Under the pieces are notes generated by a model. The model searched no databases and had not been told where the DNA came from. It worked only from the letters and a program-made list of their open reading frames with translations. A program made the position numbers and the translations under genes. This document shows positions 47,509 through 59,736 of a stretch of DNA of 64,000 nt, in pieces. Position 1 is the stretch's first letter. Each line of letters starts with the position of its first letter. Source of the stretch: Podarcis muralis (taxonomy: Eukaryota). The stretch is from the NCBI RefSeq assembly GCF_964188315.1, contig NC_135660.1:79670001-79734000 (forward strand), given 5' to 3'.

Positions 47509-49322
47509 CTGCATGGGAAGCAAACATGTTTGATGTACAGCTTAATGGTTTTGGCTACATATTGTTATAATATCATATTAAAATCTTTAAAAAGAGGGGG
47601 AAAGTGGTTTACTAAGTGGGTGAACAAGAGGCACTTGTGATGAACACAAGGCTGATAAATTACTGGCAAATCAGTTAAATGAAACGATCTCATGCCAGTT
47701 TCAGTTTAAAGATGCTAAGACAAGAAGCAATGCATAGATTCCAGTCTTGGGTCATCATCATTGCTAAGTTATCTAGGGTTGCCATATTTCAAAAAGTGAA
47801 AATCTGGACGGAGAAGTTGTTGAGCTTTTTTGGCCATACAGTGGTACCTTGGGTTAAGAACTTAATTCATTCTGGAGGTCCGTTCTTAACCTGAAACTGT
47901 TCTTAACCTGACGTACCACTTTAGCTAACGGGGCCTCCTGCTGCCACCGTCGCCACACAATTTCTATTCTCATCCTGAAGCAAAGTTCTTAACCCAAGAT
48001 ACTATTTCTCGGTTAGCGGAGTCTGTAACCTGAAGCGTCTGTAACCCGAGGTACCACTGTAGTTGCAAAAACGACACTGCCGACATTGGTTGCCATATTT
48101 CTGTCTTGACATTTAGCCGATTTCCACCCAGACACTGCTTCTGACTACAGTATTCCAGGTATGTCTGGGAAATTCTGGGTGTATGGCAATCCTAAAGTTA
48201 GCCAAGGCAGCTACATTCAAGGTGGCTGTGGCTGTTGCCATACATCCACCAGATGACATTCCCACCCCCTCCCTATATTTGCTTTCTCCTCTTCTGCCTT
48301 TTCCTTCTCTGTTTGGCATCATGTCCCTCTTAATCCAGGAGAAATGCAGAACATCATGCGGTCTTGCACTTCTAGCCCTCACTGTTGATGGACCTACACC
48401 GTAATCTTTACAGTATCAATTTGAAAACTTAAGATTCATTTTTATATTGATGTCATGCAACTTTGCTTTTATGTTGTCTTGGTAGAATTTTTATGCTGTT
48501 TGCATGTCCAGGCGCTGTGACTCTGCTGCCCCTACCCAGTGGAGAAAAACCAGTCAAGACACATTCTTTTAAGTTGAATAAGAGCACTGCTTTATTGGTT
48601 GCAGATGTAAGAGGTTTGTCATAGGCACTGGGTATAACAACCAACCTGCCTGCTGGAAGTATCTTCTCCATGGGGTCTACCCTGAGGCAAGGAGGTCCTA
48701 TGACTTACATCAAATAGGTATATCTCTGCCAGGATCTCCACTATGGCTCTGGCCCTCACCTGGGAATCTGGATAGAAGCATCTCCTCCAGTATCCTTTTA
48801 ACAGGATACCCCTTTCCCTTGAAAGGGCAGCAAGAGGCTTACAACCTCCCCTCCAACCAAGACTAAGGCTTTTACCTTCAGGTGGTGGTTTAGGCACTGG
48901 ATAAGCCTAAGTCATGGCCAGAGAAGAGGTTGTCTTAACATTGAAAACTAAATGATATTTATCACAAGGCAATGTAATTGGGGGTCATCATGAAGTTGCA
49001 TCATAAGCTGCTTTTGCTTAAATTAGGTGGGACTGCATGGTTTACTGTCTTTCCCCTCCTCCAGTGTGTGAATCAAAAGCTGATCCTCAAAGAACGGGAG
49101 CTCTTAGGAAGTCACCTTTTCCATACCTTGTTCTCCCTTGTCTCCTTTTGGTCCTTGGACTCCATCTCTCCCATTTATCCCTGGTAACCCTTTCTCAGCT
49201 GGTCCACATACAACCAGTGAGCAGGCATTCCGATCCAAGTTCTGGATAACTTGCGGTGAGCCCTGGAACGATGCTGGTGAAAATTGCGAAACCAACACAG
49301 AGAGCGTTAGAAGCACCAGCAT
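41029..49322 (-). CDS. SFTPD: Pulmonary surfactant protein D (collectin gene 4), 7 coding exons, predicted 371 aa
   Basis: Exons 49127-49322 (196 nt; [17 protein letters not shown] vs human NACTLVMCSSVESGLPG), collagen exons 47115-47231 (117), 46504-46611 (108), 44669-44785 (117) and 43314-43430 (117), neck 42420-42503 (84) and CRD 41029-41405 (377; [11 protein letters not shown] identical to human SP-D). The sum of 1116 nt is open, and the architecture matches mammalian SFTPD. Confidence 0.88.
41575..41936 (+). mobile_element. Sauria SINE, full length, different subfamily 3' part
   Basis: Starts gggacgcgggtggcgctg; TSD tatg(c/t)agaagcaaga at 41557-41571 and 41937-41951; the 3' part (ggcctatagagtgag..ggcccgtacgggcagg) differs from the other copies. 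Confidence 0.93.
42420..42503 (-). CDS. SFTPD: SFTPD neck exon (84 nt)
   Basis: tttctcag/AG..AAAG/gtaaat; encodes [28 protein letters not shown]. Confidence 0.92.
43314..43430 (-). CDS. SFTPD: SFTPD collagen exon D (117 nt)
   Basis: ctccatag/GA..TCAG/gtaagg; encodes [39 protein letters not shown] (human ends GDKGAKGESGLP). Confidence 0.92.
43450..43625 (-). mobile_element. L2-type 3' tail
   Basis: (AAAT)n followed by taccctgcccatctggttggggttccccagtcactctgg, as at 7851. Confidence 0.75.
44236..44450 (-). mobile_element. L1-type 3' UTR fragment
   Basis: The minus strand ends ..gtgatttgattg..aataaaaaattattttttttt aaaaaa, resembling the tail of 8336-9445; boundaries approximate. Confidence 0.6.
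44669..44785 (-). CDS. SFTPD: SFTPD collagen exon C (117 nt)
   Basis: ttctgtag/GT..AGAG/gtaagt; encodes [39 protein letters not shown]. Confidence 0.92.
45030..45164. mobile_element. Palindromic hAT MITE
   Basis: Exact TSD tcatagat. Confidence 0.92.
45909..46132. mobile_element. Tigger-like MITE family A
   Basis: TIRs plus TA TSDs. Confidence 0.9.
46504..46611 (-). CDS. SFTPD: SFTPD collagen exon B (108 nt)
   Basis: ttttgagtag/GA..ACAG/gtaatc; encodes [36 protein letters not shown]. Confidence 0.9.
47115..47231 (-). CDS. SFTPD: SFTPD collagen exon A (117 nt, carries PGKMGP)
   Basis: aatgccag/GG..ATGG/gtaagg; encodes [39 protein letters not shown]. Confidence 0.92.
47447..47497 (+). repeat. 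(CT)n microsatellite
   Basis: Directly visible. Confidence 0.95.
47839..48059. mobile_element. Tigger-like MITE family A
   Basis: TIRs plus TA TSDs. Confidence 0.9.
49127..49322 (-). CDS. SFTPD: SFTPD exon: signal + N-terminal CxxxxC + 7 Gly-X-Y
   Basis: Acceptor cccccag at 49339-49345, ATG at 49322, donor CAAG/gtatgg. Confidence 0.88.
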
Positions 49323-50871
49323 TGTTCAGTGGTTTGACCTGGGGGGGGGGGAATAAAAATTAAAGGAGAAAAGAATTAACCCAAACCCAACCGTACCAAT
49401 TATAATGCACTGCAATGAAATGAAGGCCGGCTATATGAACAAGGATTTAAAATATTGTGGGTAAAGTGTTGTTTAATAGATTGAAGTAGGGGATTATGCA
49501 CCATTTCCAACACTCTTAATTTTATTTTGTTTCCTCATCTTTTGAACAGCTACACACAACAAGAAAGTTTTTATGCAAGGTAGGAGAACCCATTGGCCAT
49601 GCTGCCTTGGGGCTGATGCAAGTTGGAGCCCAAGAGCACCCAGAAGAGGCCTCATGCCTATCATAATAGCTAGCACCTATATTATTACTATTATTATTGT
49701 CGTCACTAATAATAATAATATAACCAACCCTTCGCCAACAGGTCCCAGGGTGTGCTTTAAATTCAGTATTATAAACAGGTTTTTTTAAAAAATAAATAAA
49801 TAAAATAAATATTTTGTGATACAAAACAAACACACAAGCAAGGAAAAGTACATATAGTGTCTCCGCTTTCAATTCAGAGTGTCTTTTCATAGTTTGTTTA
49901 CATTCAGTATGAGACACTATTGTCATAGACTTTGGGGGGAAATAGAGGGGAGAGAGAGGGTTGTGGGGTGATGGGCTTTTCATTCTTTGCATAGTGTTTC
50001 TGCAGGGTTTTTGTGTCAGCGTCTCATGAGTAGGTCCTTTATTTATATAGTTATTTGTTTTTTTTGGCATTGTGAGAGACTGGAGGGTCCAAGGTTTGGT
50101 TGGCTGCGTTCGGTTGGTTGCAGTGTGGTTTATTTGCGTGTTAGTGTGTGGGGCTTTTTGTTGTTGTGTCAGGTTAGTCATATTGATTTGTAAGTTGTTG
50201 GGGAGGGGTTAGGTCAGTTAAAGCAAGTTACAATCTCAGGTATGGGGTGTGGGTGTCTTGAAACCACATATCTCAGGTGTCATAGGGCAGGGTATAGAGA
50301 CGTGTATTTAGCATTCAACAAAAACTGTATAGTGAAACTTCCAGACACACCTCCTCACATAAGGCATATTTCAAGAGTGCCGTACTAGATCCCATTTAGG
50401 AAAGAATAAGATTCTGCACTCTACTAGGGGTGGGATTTTCTGCAAATTGCAGTGTCAAGCTTATCTGCATGGTCCCCCCCCCAAAAAAAATATATATTCC
50501 ACCCCCTCCTACATCACTCCTTGATCTTGATGAGAAGTGGGCTATTTATTTATTTTTACTGGTTCTGCTAAAAATACAAATAAGACTCACACATATTAAA
50601 TGCATTCTTATGCGTATCATATTACACATGTATTATGTGCTATTCAGCCAAGTTTTACTTGAAGACTAAGTAGTGGAACTAAATTAGTCATGTTCCCTAA
50701 TTTCAGCAGGTGTGCTCTGAGTAAAACTTGGTTAAATACCAATTGTTATTTGCATATACGTTCCGTGTTTCCTAAAGTAGCAAGCACATAAAGAGATCCA
50801 TAAAGGAATGCATGTAACTGTATTAAAAATATGCATGTAGTAATCTTTGTAATGCATGCAGAAAGATAGCA

Positions 50872-51090
50872 CAGTCGTACCTTGGATCCCAAACGCCGCA
50901 AACCTGGAACTGAGTGTTCCAATTTGTGAACGTTCTTTGGAACCTGAACGTCTGACGCAACTTCCATGGCTTCTGATTGGCTGCAGAAGCTTCCTGCAGC
51001 CAATCGGAAGCCGCACCTTGGTTGCCGAATGCTTTTGGAAGTCGAACGGACTTTGGGAACAGATTCCGTTCGACAACCAAGGTACGACTG
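50872..51090. mobile_element. Tigger-like MITE family B (inverted relative to 19436)
   Basis: TIRs cagtcgtaccttgg/ccaaggtacgactg. Confidence 0.88.
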
Positions 51091-53012
51091 TATATTGGAC
51101 TATTCCATTGAATTTGTTTTACTTCTGAGGTACCCCTGTACTGCATAGGGTTAGCAGGCACTAACTAGGCTTTGGGAAGGAGGAGGGAGGACTCTAGGAC
51201 CCTGTCAGGACCCTCACACCTCCTTCCTGAAGCAAGTGTTTACTAGGCTTTGGGAAGGAGGTAGGAAGGTGCCTTCCTGGCCCTGCACACTGTGTGGGGG
51301 AGTTGCCTCCAGTTCCAGGTTCGATCTCCAGCATCTTAAATCCTGGAAAGTTGTTGCAAGTCAGTGCAAACAATACTGAGCTAGATGGACTGATCTGATT
51401 CAATAGATGTTGCCCTCTGTAGCTGGAGATGCCCACAGCTGAAGCTGGGATTTCCCCATACAAAGCATGGGCTGTACCACTGATCTATGGCCCTTCCCCT
51501 ATTATGCTTCAGCAGCATCTCTGGGCTAAATTGAGTTGATCGAAAACATGAAACCAGAAGGTTATGAAGGGGATGCTGACACCAGATGACTATATGCAAA
51601 GCAGTCAGTTCCCAGCTCTAACTAAGAGGGTATCTCAGCCAGTGGAACTTTTATCACCTGGGTAGGGCAAGCTGTACTTGGCCAAAATATCATTTTCCCT
51701 GCATCATTATAAAAGGAATAGAAATGCCTTCTTCCTTTGCAACGGAATGCCTCCTTCCGAACAATACATTCAAAAGGACAATTTGCCAACTGCATTTAAA
51801 TCAGGGTGTTAAGCAAAATGGATCAAGATACTAACAAATTACATTGCTGTTGGACACAAAATCAACTCGTCGTTAAATCTGGAGATAATTATTAGATAAG
51901 CGCAGGCAGATGTGAAAGGCTGATACGAAAAGCACTTAATAATCAAAGGATGGATTATCAATGAAGAGAGAGTTAAAGCTCTGGTTGAAATTAATCAAAT
52001 CCATGGAGCACAATGCAATCTGACCCGTTTGAACAAGGAACTGGCGGCAGTCTTCAATATCGCATGTATTTCAGTCGCATAGCCATCATTAAGGAAGGAC
52101 AAATTAAAAATCTACTCACTCACTTTGACGTTTCTGGTGCTCTACAAAGGCCCGGACAGGAATCATCCGTTAGGAGTTCAGCCTTCCTTTTATAGGCTAT
52201 GAGTTAAGTAACACAGGCTTTGGTTTCTCAATCATGTGACCTCGCAGGAAACTTATAGCCAATTTATAACACTTTGGGAGCTGTTGGCCTCTTTCAACGT
52301 TGTGTAGCTGATAAGACATGCACAGAACAAAGGATGGGATTTCCCATGGCTTGCAAAATGTAAGGAATTTGTCTTTTGGAGCAAAAGGGCTGGGGGCTCA
52401 AATATGCATGAATGTTATCCTAGAACATTTTTACTATGCAGAACATTGAGCAGCATATCTTGCCAGTAACAGGACTCAATGGTCAGGGTTTCCCCAGATG
52501 TGGCTAATGACCCCACTGGAACCAAAGAACCATAGAATTGTAGAGTTGGAAGGGACTACGAGGGTCATCTGGTCCAACCCACTGCAATGCAGGAATCTTT
52601 TGCCCAAAGAATGATAGGGTAAGTGATGGTTGAGTGGTTGACTCGTAGCTGAGTGTGTGAACAGTCTCCATGGAAAAGCATTGCATTTGAGGCATTGCCC
52701 AGTGATATGAAAACTTGGAACTGGTTCAAGCATGTTCAAGCTTTGATGACTGCAGCATCAGAAAAGAACAAGTGTCATGTCCTACTCCTAGAGTCTGGTT
52801 GGCTGGCTCCTTTGGGAAGCAGGATGCTAGGCTAGAGAGGACGTTGGTCTGATCCAGCAAGTTTTATATATCCTCATGCTCTCTAGAGCACAGGTAGCCT
52901 GTTGTGGACTGCAGCTCCCATCAGCCTCAGTCAGCATGGCCAATAGCCAGGTATGATGGGTGTAGCAGTGTAAAGCATCTAGAGGGCACCACGTTGACTA
53001 TCCATCTTAGAC

Positions 53013-53148
53013 CAGTGTTTCCCAACCTTGTGCCTCCAGCTGTTTTTGGACTACAATTCCCATCATCCCTTGCCACTGGTCTTGCTAGTCAGGGATGATG
53101 GGAGTTGTAGTTCAAAAACAGCTGGAGGCACAAGGTTGGGAAACACTG
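53013..53148. mobile_element. Palindromic hAT MITE (cagtgtttcccaac family)
   Basis: Exact 8-bp TSD tcttagac. Confidence 0.9.
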
Positions 53149-53436
53149 TCTTAGACTATGTGGCTATCTGGCAACTCCAGATGCTCATGGGAGGCCCAGA
53201 AATGAGGCTTGAATGCAATGTGCTCTCCTCATGTGAATGGACCATCATAGATGGTCTCATACACAACATTGCTCATTGGAGTCAGGGCACATGTTAGCCT
53301 GCCCATCAATAAGTGCTCTAAGATGTAAAGTGGCCTTATTCTAAACCTGACCATCCATCTGTTTCATGCTGTACTGTCTACTCTCAATGGCAATAGCTGA
53401 TCCAGGTCTCAAGCAGAGTTTACTCCAGCTCTACTA

Positions 53437-53662
53437 CAGTGGTACCTCTGGTTAAGAACTTAATTCGTTCTGGAGTTCTGTTCTTAACCTGAAACTGTTC
53501 TTAACTTGAAGCACCACTTTAGCTAATGGGGCCTCCTGCTGCCGCTGCACCGCTGCCACACAATTTCTGTTTTCATCCTGAAGCAAAGTTCTTAACCCAA
53601 GGTACTATTTCTGGGTTAGTGGAATCTGTAACCTGAAGTGTCTGTAACCTGAGGTACCACTG
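53437..53662. mobile_element. Tigger-like MITE family A
   Basis: TIRs plus TA TSDs. Confidence 0.9.
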
Positions 53663-54741
53663 TACTAGAAATTGTCTAACTCACCTTCTCCAATCTTGGG
53701 TCCCCAAATGTGCTCAGATCCCATCATCCCCAGCCAACTCAGCTAATAGTCAAGGATGGTGAAATGTGTGATCCAACAACTTTTGGGACATCTTGGGGAA
53801 AGCTTTTCTAACTATGTATGGTACCAGGGGTAGCTACTTATCTGTGAATAGCATCTACATCACCCTTGTGCTATGACTCCTCCTCGCCATTATGCACATG
53901 AAAGAGTGACATTTTCTGTGGTGTTTGATCTATGATACCTCATTCAGACATGCAAATTGGCACTTTATATAACATGCGATTGCCATGAACGGCTTTTTAA
54001 AATGCTGTTTCTCCCACATCCAGTTTTGCAAGATTTTGGCTCACTCCCAACTCCTCCCCGTAAAAAGCATGGCATAGCTGAATAACCAGCTCCACCTTAC
54101 CAAATTGTTGTGCAACATCATGTACTTTTGGGAGTGCTTAAGGAACTCCAAATATGTTATAATCACCCATGGGTAATCCTGACAACGCCCCTTTGAAAGA
54201 GAGAGACACACGGTTTTTTCACACAAAGATTTTCTTCAACAACAGTATTTCACCAGGCATTCTAAAGCTGATCCATTTCCATAAGCTTTCTGACCCCTCC
54301 TCTCCCTGAGCTCTGAGTCTCCAGCTTTAAAAACCAGCGGTTAAAATGGTGCTCTCTGAAACAGCAGTATATTAAGTAACTGGCATGTGCTTATGCATTG
54401 TTTGCAAAATCCATAGCTTAGTACTCTGTATAGTACTTTTTCAGCACATTTCTGTCTCTTGAGAAAACGTTTCAGCAAAGTAAATGGAACCTCCTTAACC
54501 GCTCATTTCAACAGTCACAATAGTGCTTCGCCGAGCCCCACGACCAACCTGTAATTTCCTTCCTGTGATTCCATACTTAAATCATGGCATTTGCTACCAC
54601 GAGATGTGGTGACGGCCCCTAGCATGGATAGCTTTAAAAGGGGATTAGAAATAGTCCTGAAGGGTAAGGTTATCAATGGCTACTAGTATGCCTCTGCATA
54701 GCAGTTGCTGAGAATCATGAATGGGATGGGGCTGAGTGGTT

Positions 54742-54893
54742 GAGCTTGGATAGCTCAGTTGGTTAGAGCACGGTGCTGATTAAGCCATGGTCGCAGGTTC
54801 AATCCCCATATGGGACAGCTGCATATTTCTACATTGCAGGGGGCTGGACAAGATGACCCTCAGGGTCCTTTCCAACTCTACAGTTCTATGACT
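54742..54893 (+). mobile_element. tRNA-Ile-like-headed SINE with CR1-type tail (POM-SINE-like)
   Basis: gatagctcagttggttagagcacggtgctgattaagccatggtcgcaggttcaatcccc + ..ccaactctacagttctatga. Confidence 0.8.
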
Positions 54894-55119
54894 ACATGAA
54901 ATAAAAGTAAATTAATGTCCTGATTGAGCGCTTCCTGGAGCTATTGGATTGGCCACTGTGGGAACAGACTGCTAGATGGAGCCTTTGGTTTGATTCAGCA
55001 GCACCAACGTGCCCCAGCTACTCTGGACAGCTTCCAACAAAATATTTCAAACACTTTAGAAAGTAATGCCAGCATTTTGAATGAGAATTTTTGTGTGTGT
55101 GTGAGAGAGAATGGACATT

Positions 55120-55415
55120 GCATTGCCAATGGCCCATCTAGTCCAGTATCCTGTTCCCACAGTGGCCAACCAGATGCCTTTGGGAAGCCAGGGAGCAGAA
55201 GATGAACACAACAGCAATCTCCCCTCCCTTGGTTTCCAGCAACCATGGAGGTAGAGCCACAACCATTATAGCTACTCTCTATTGATAACCATCCTCTCCA
55301 TAAATTTGTCTTTTGAAGCCATCCAAGTTTGTGGCCATGACTGCTGCTTGGGGGAGCATGTTCCATAGTTTGACTATGCACTGTAGGGAAAAGTACTTTC
55401 TTTTTTCTATCCTAA
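55120..55415 (-). mobile_element. CR1 3' end, old
   Basis: ggcccatctagtccagtatcctgttcccacagtggccaaccagatgcc.. is a reverse-oriented CR1 tail; boundaries approximate. Confidence 0.65.
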
Positions 55416-56606
55416 ATCTCCCAACAGGAACACCACCAGTCTAATACATCCTGGGAGGGAATTCCAAAGGGGAGATGCCACTGTCCGTACACTAAAGGCC
55501 TCTTGTCCAATTCTTTCCTCTTCTCCATGTTGAGCTGTTGAGGCATAAATTTCAATTGCATGTTATATCTAGGCAAGCAGGCTAGTCTGAACTTTTGTGG
55601 GCAAGTAAGGTTTGGTTCATTTGAGCCCTAGTCAGGGAAAATCTCAGGTAAGGTTTGAGTAGGGCCAGCATCTAAAAGGGATGAATGACATTCCATTATT
55701 GGGTGCACTGTGAGCTCACATAACTATTAAACCTACCAGTAATCCAGGAAATGGTTTTACCACTAATACCACTTTTGCCAATAAGGTACTCTTTGTCTTC
55801 CACATGTCCTATATCTCTGGCTGACAATGACCTGCTGTGATGATGATTTAATTTTAAAGTCATTCTTGGCATATGGAACAAGTTCAAAGGAAAACAGTCT
55901 GAAACTGGAGGAACTCTCCAAGATAAAGGAATCGTTTGTGCAAATAAATCCGCGTGGGCAGAGCCAGGGAGGGCGTTGTTATAGAGGCACAAGCATTCCG
56001 CCCCTCCTGATCCAGTTGCAGAATTAGACAGCTATTATAGATATAATATGATGAAGAATGGCAACTGGTGTGTGTATCTGAGCAGGGGGGCAGGCAATGG
56101 AAGTAAGGAAATAAGGAGATAAGTATTTTATAATTACATGGTTTCATGCCTTCCTTGTTTACTTGAGTCTTTCCCCAACACTGTGTCAACAGAGTTTAAT
56201 GGGCTTCACCAGTTCAAAACAACTGCTGTGCAGTAAGGATTATCCTTGTTATTTGTCTAGAAATTTTCAATCTCCTCTTCCCCCACTGATATTAATAGCT
56301 TTGCAGGGTGGGGGAAGTCCGGTCGTAGTATGAGGAAGGGCCTTGCCAGCACTGGCGCCAGCTGTCGGCATCCACAGGCAGCTGCTAAGACCGCCATACA
56401 AAAGCAGAACTCACTGTCACCGAGAGTATGGCATGTTGGGAGGCCAGGCATGTGAGCCACCATTTTGAATTTCCCATAGTTCCCTGGACTGTTATGGTGG
56501 GTACCTTCAGGCAAGCACAAATGGGGGAGGATGCAGCTAACATTTCTTCCTCCCACCCTCCCTTCTTACCTTGCACTTCTGGTACAAATTGTGACCTAGT
56601 AATAAT

Positions 56607-56642
<36 letters not shown>

Positions 56643-56740
56643 AATAATAATAATAATTTATTATTTATACCCCGCCCATCCGGCTGGGTTTCCCCAGCCA
56701 CTCTGGGCGGCTTCCAACTGAATATTAAAAACAGTACAGC

Positions 56741-56901
56741 NNNNNNNNNNNNNNNNNNNNNNNNNNNNNNNNNNNNNNNNNNNNNNNNNNNNNNNNNNNN
56801 NNNNNNNNNNNNNNNNNNNNNNNNNNNNNNNNNNNNNNNNNNNNNNNNNNNNNNNNNNNNNNNNNNNNNNNNNNNNNNNNNNNNNNNNNNNNNNNNNNNN
56901 N
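56741..56901. other. Assembly gap (161 N) between L2-like tails
   Basis: Run of N; the left flank is (AAC)n(AAT)n plus an L2 tail. Confidence 0.99.
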
Positions 56902-58297
56902 TTTACACCCCACCCTCCCCAGCCAAGACCAGGCTCAGGGCAGCTAACACCAGGTATAAAAACAATTGATTAAAATACAAATTAAAAACAATATTAAAAT
57001 ACAACATTAAAATGCAGCCTCATTTCAGTAGAAACTCAAATCAAAAACTTTTTGGGGATGAAAACATCAAATCTTCACCAAGGCCAACTATCCAGACTGG
57101 TCCTACATGGGCCAGAAAAAAGCCAGGGAAGTCCCCAAATAGGAGTTCCATCACAGAAGGAGAAAGGAAAAAGGAAAGAGGGAGAGGGGATCAAGTTGAT
57201 TCCAAGCCAAAAGCTTGTGAACCCATAATGTGTCTTGAACCCGTGACAGGATGTCAGGTGGATCCAGCCAATGTGCCTTCAGCAGGGCCAGCCTAAGATG
57301 TTGTGCTACCCGAGGCAAAGAACAAAATAGCCTCGCCCAGAAACCAACTGGAATGTCAGTTGGGTTTTTTTTCTTCTTCCAATGCTGGCAATGGGGGAAT
57401 TCTTCATGGCACTTGAGGGCAGCAGTCTAGTTTAGGGGGTGGAGGACTGGCAACGTTGGACACAGAACTCTGCCCTATATAATAGGGGGGCATGACTGGG
57501 AGGCTGCAGGTCATTGCCCACACCGCGCTGGCAATATCTGCCCCCTAAGGCAGTTTCTGCACTCTTCATAGTAATAGGCTGGCCCTGGTTATCACCTGGG
57601 TCTACCTAAAGGAAGAACTGTAGGGAGACCAGCCAAGGAAGCCTTCTTGAATTTAAAAAAACCCACTGGGATCCACCTTGCTTGCTATTCGGAGATGACC
57701 CTGCCATGCAGCAGATTGCCTTTGCCTTCCTGACAATCTTCATTCATCTCAGCCTGCCCTCAACTACATAGGATCTGCCCAAAGTGCCTTAAACACATGC
57801 AATGTCTTATATAAAGCATGTTATGATTGTCTCAATGCGTAGGCAGGAGAAATGACAAATTAAAAATAAATAAATCCTAACACAGACCTTCGTAGGGGGA
57901 GCATTTTCCCCCCTGCACATACCAACCTTTGCTATTGGTGGAGGCACAGTCTGCCTCTCTACAGCTGGCAGTGACACAATGTTCCTGAGAGAACAGAGCA
58001 GTTCTTCTCTGAGGAAATTAATACCTTTGTGAGATTTAGTGTTAGGAGAAAAGCACGGCTCAATTTACCTGCATGTGAATTAAATCAGAGAACCCCAACC
58101 AAACTGGAGATCCCATTGTACCATTATGGGGGAGCTTCCCAAATGCAAAAAATGTGTGTGTGTGAGAGAGGGGGTCTATTCTGTTTCTTTGACCTCAGGT
58201 TCAATTGACAGCACCTTCATAACATGAGTGGTATAAGGGTAACATAGTCAGGCCATCCAGCAGCAGAAACAGAGCAGTGTGTGTCTGTAGATGTGTA

Positions 58298-58647
58298 AAG
58301 GTAAAGGGATCCCTGACCATTAGGTCCAGTCGTGGGCGACTCTGAGGTTGCGGCGCTCATCTTGCTTTATTGGCCGAGGGAGCCAGTGTACAGCTTCCGG
58401 GTAATGTGGCCAGCATGACTAAGCTGCTTCTGGTAAACCACAGCAGCACACAGAAATGCCATTTACCTTCCCGCCGGAGTGGTACCTATTTATCTACTTG
58501 CATTTTGACGCACTTTCGAACTGCTAGGTTGGCAGGAGCAGGGACCGAGCAATGGGAGCTCACCCCGTCATGGGGTTTCGAACCGCTGACCTTCTGATCA
58601 GCAAGCCGTGGGCTCTGTGGTTTAGACCACAGCGCCACCCGCGTCCC
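58298..58647 (-). mobile_element. Sauria SINE, full length
   Basis: 13-bp TSD ctgtagatgtgta at 58285-58297 and 58648-58660. Confidence 0.95.
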
Positions 58648-59183
58648 CTGTAGATGTGTACAATTAGGTAACGCGGGTGGCGCTCAGGTAGCCCTCCCTC
58701 CCTCTGCCAATGAACACTTTCTGTAACACTGAAGGGGACCCTCCTACATGGATATATACTTCATGAAGATTTTCCTCTTCCAACTAGCCTTTCTGCGTTG
58801 CAGCTATTTTCCACTGTTTTTATTTTATTTTTTTACACTTTTCTGGTTTTATGGTTGTGACCTTTTCATTTGTTTTATAATTGTATATTTGATTGTTGTA
58901 ACGCACCCTGAGTCATTACAGTAAGCAGAGGTGACAGCTGCTTAGGGTGATTGAGGGGGCCCAGCTCAACAACCTAATATCGCATGTGCAATGTCACATG
59001 ATGTTCCGACGTTGCGCGTGCAACATTGCGAGGAGCCGGGGCGGAACTGAATGCCCTCTGAACATTGAGGGGGCCCAGACTCCTAAAAAACAAAACAAAA
59101 ACAAAAAAAGGGGGGGGGGGAGAGAAAATGCTATGATGATAAGGATGGGTAAGAAATCCAGTAAGTAAGCAAATAGCAAATGA

Positions 59184-59425
59184 CAGTGGTACCTCGGGTT
59201 AAGAAGTTAATTCGTTCTGGAGCTCCGTTCTTAACCTGAAACTGTTCTTAACCTGAGGTACCACTTTAGCTAATTGGGCCTCCTGGTGCCGCTGTGCCGC
59301 TGCCACACAATTTCTGTTCTTAACCTGAAGCAAAGTTCTTAACCCAAGGTACTATTTCTGGGTTAGTGGAGTCTGTAACCTGAAGCGCCTGTAACCTGAA
59401 GTGTCTGTAACCCAAGGTACCACTG
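59184..59425. mobile_element. Tigger-like MITE family A
   Basis: TIRs; the left TA is mutated to GA. Confidence 0.88.
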
Positions 59426-59736
59426 TAATAGTGTGTGCATGTACAGCTCTCTCTGTAGGATGTCAAGATGGGTGGGGTATAAATAATTTTTTTAAAATTT
59501 ATTATTATTATTATTGACCAGTCTTCCAATTGCCATGGAAGGAAGGGGCTGTACATGCAGAGGTCCCTGTCAACCTGATGCTGCTTGCACATCATCCGGA
59601 GGTGTGACTGGTACATGCAGCAGCATTTAGCAAGTGGGGTTAGCCGCATGTATTCTCAGAAACCTCTTCCCAATGCCAGAATGAACCACAAGACACTTCA
59701 ATCCACCCCAGACCTGATTTTTGTTTTGGTTGAAAC

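Noticed and set aside
49522-50181. 219-aa minus-strand ORF
   Set aside because: Low-complexity T/N/Q/K-rich translation of AT-skewed repeat-like sequence; no domain and no splice link to SFTPD.
55680-56230. Possible endogenous viral or retroelement coding remnant
   Set aside because: All frames are interrupted and I recognise no motif; a tBLASTx search would be needed to say anything.
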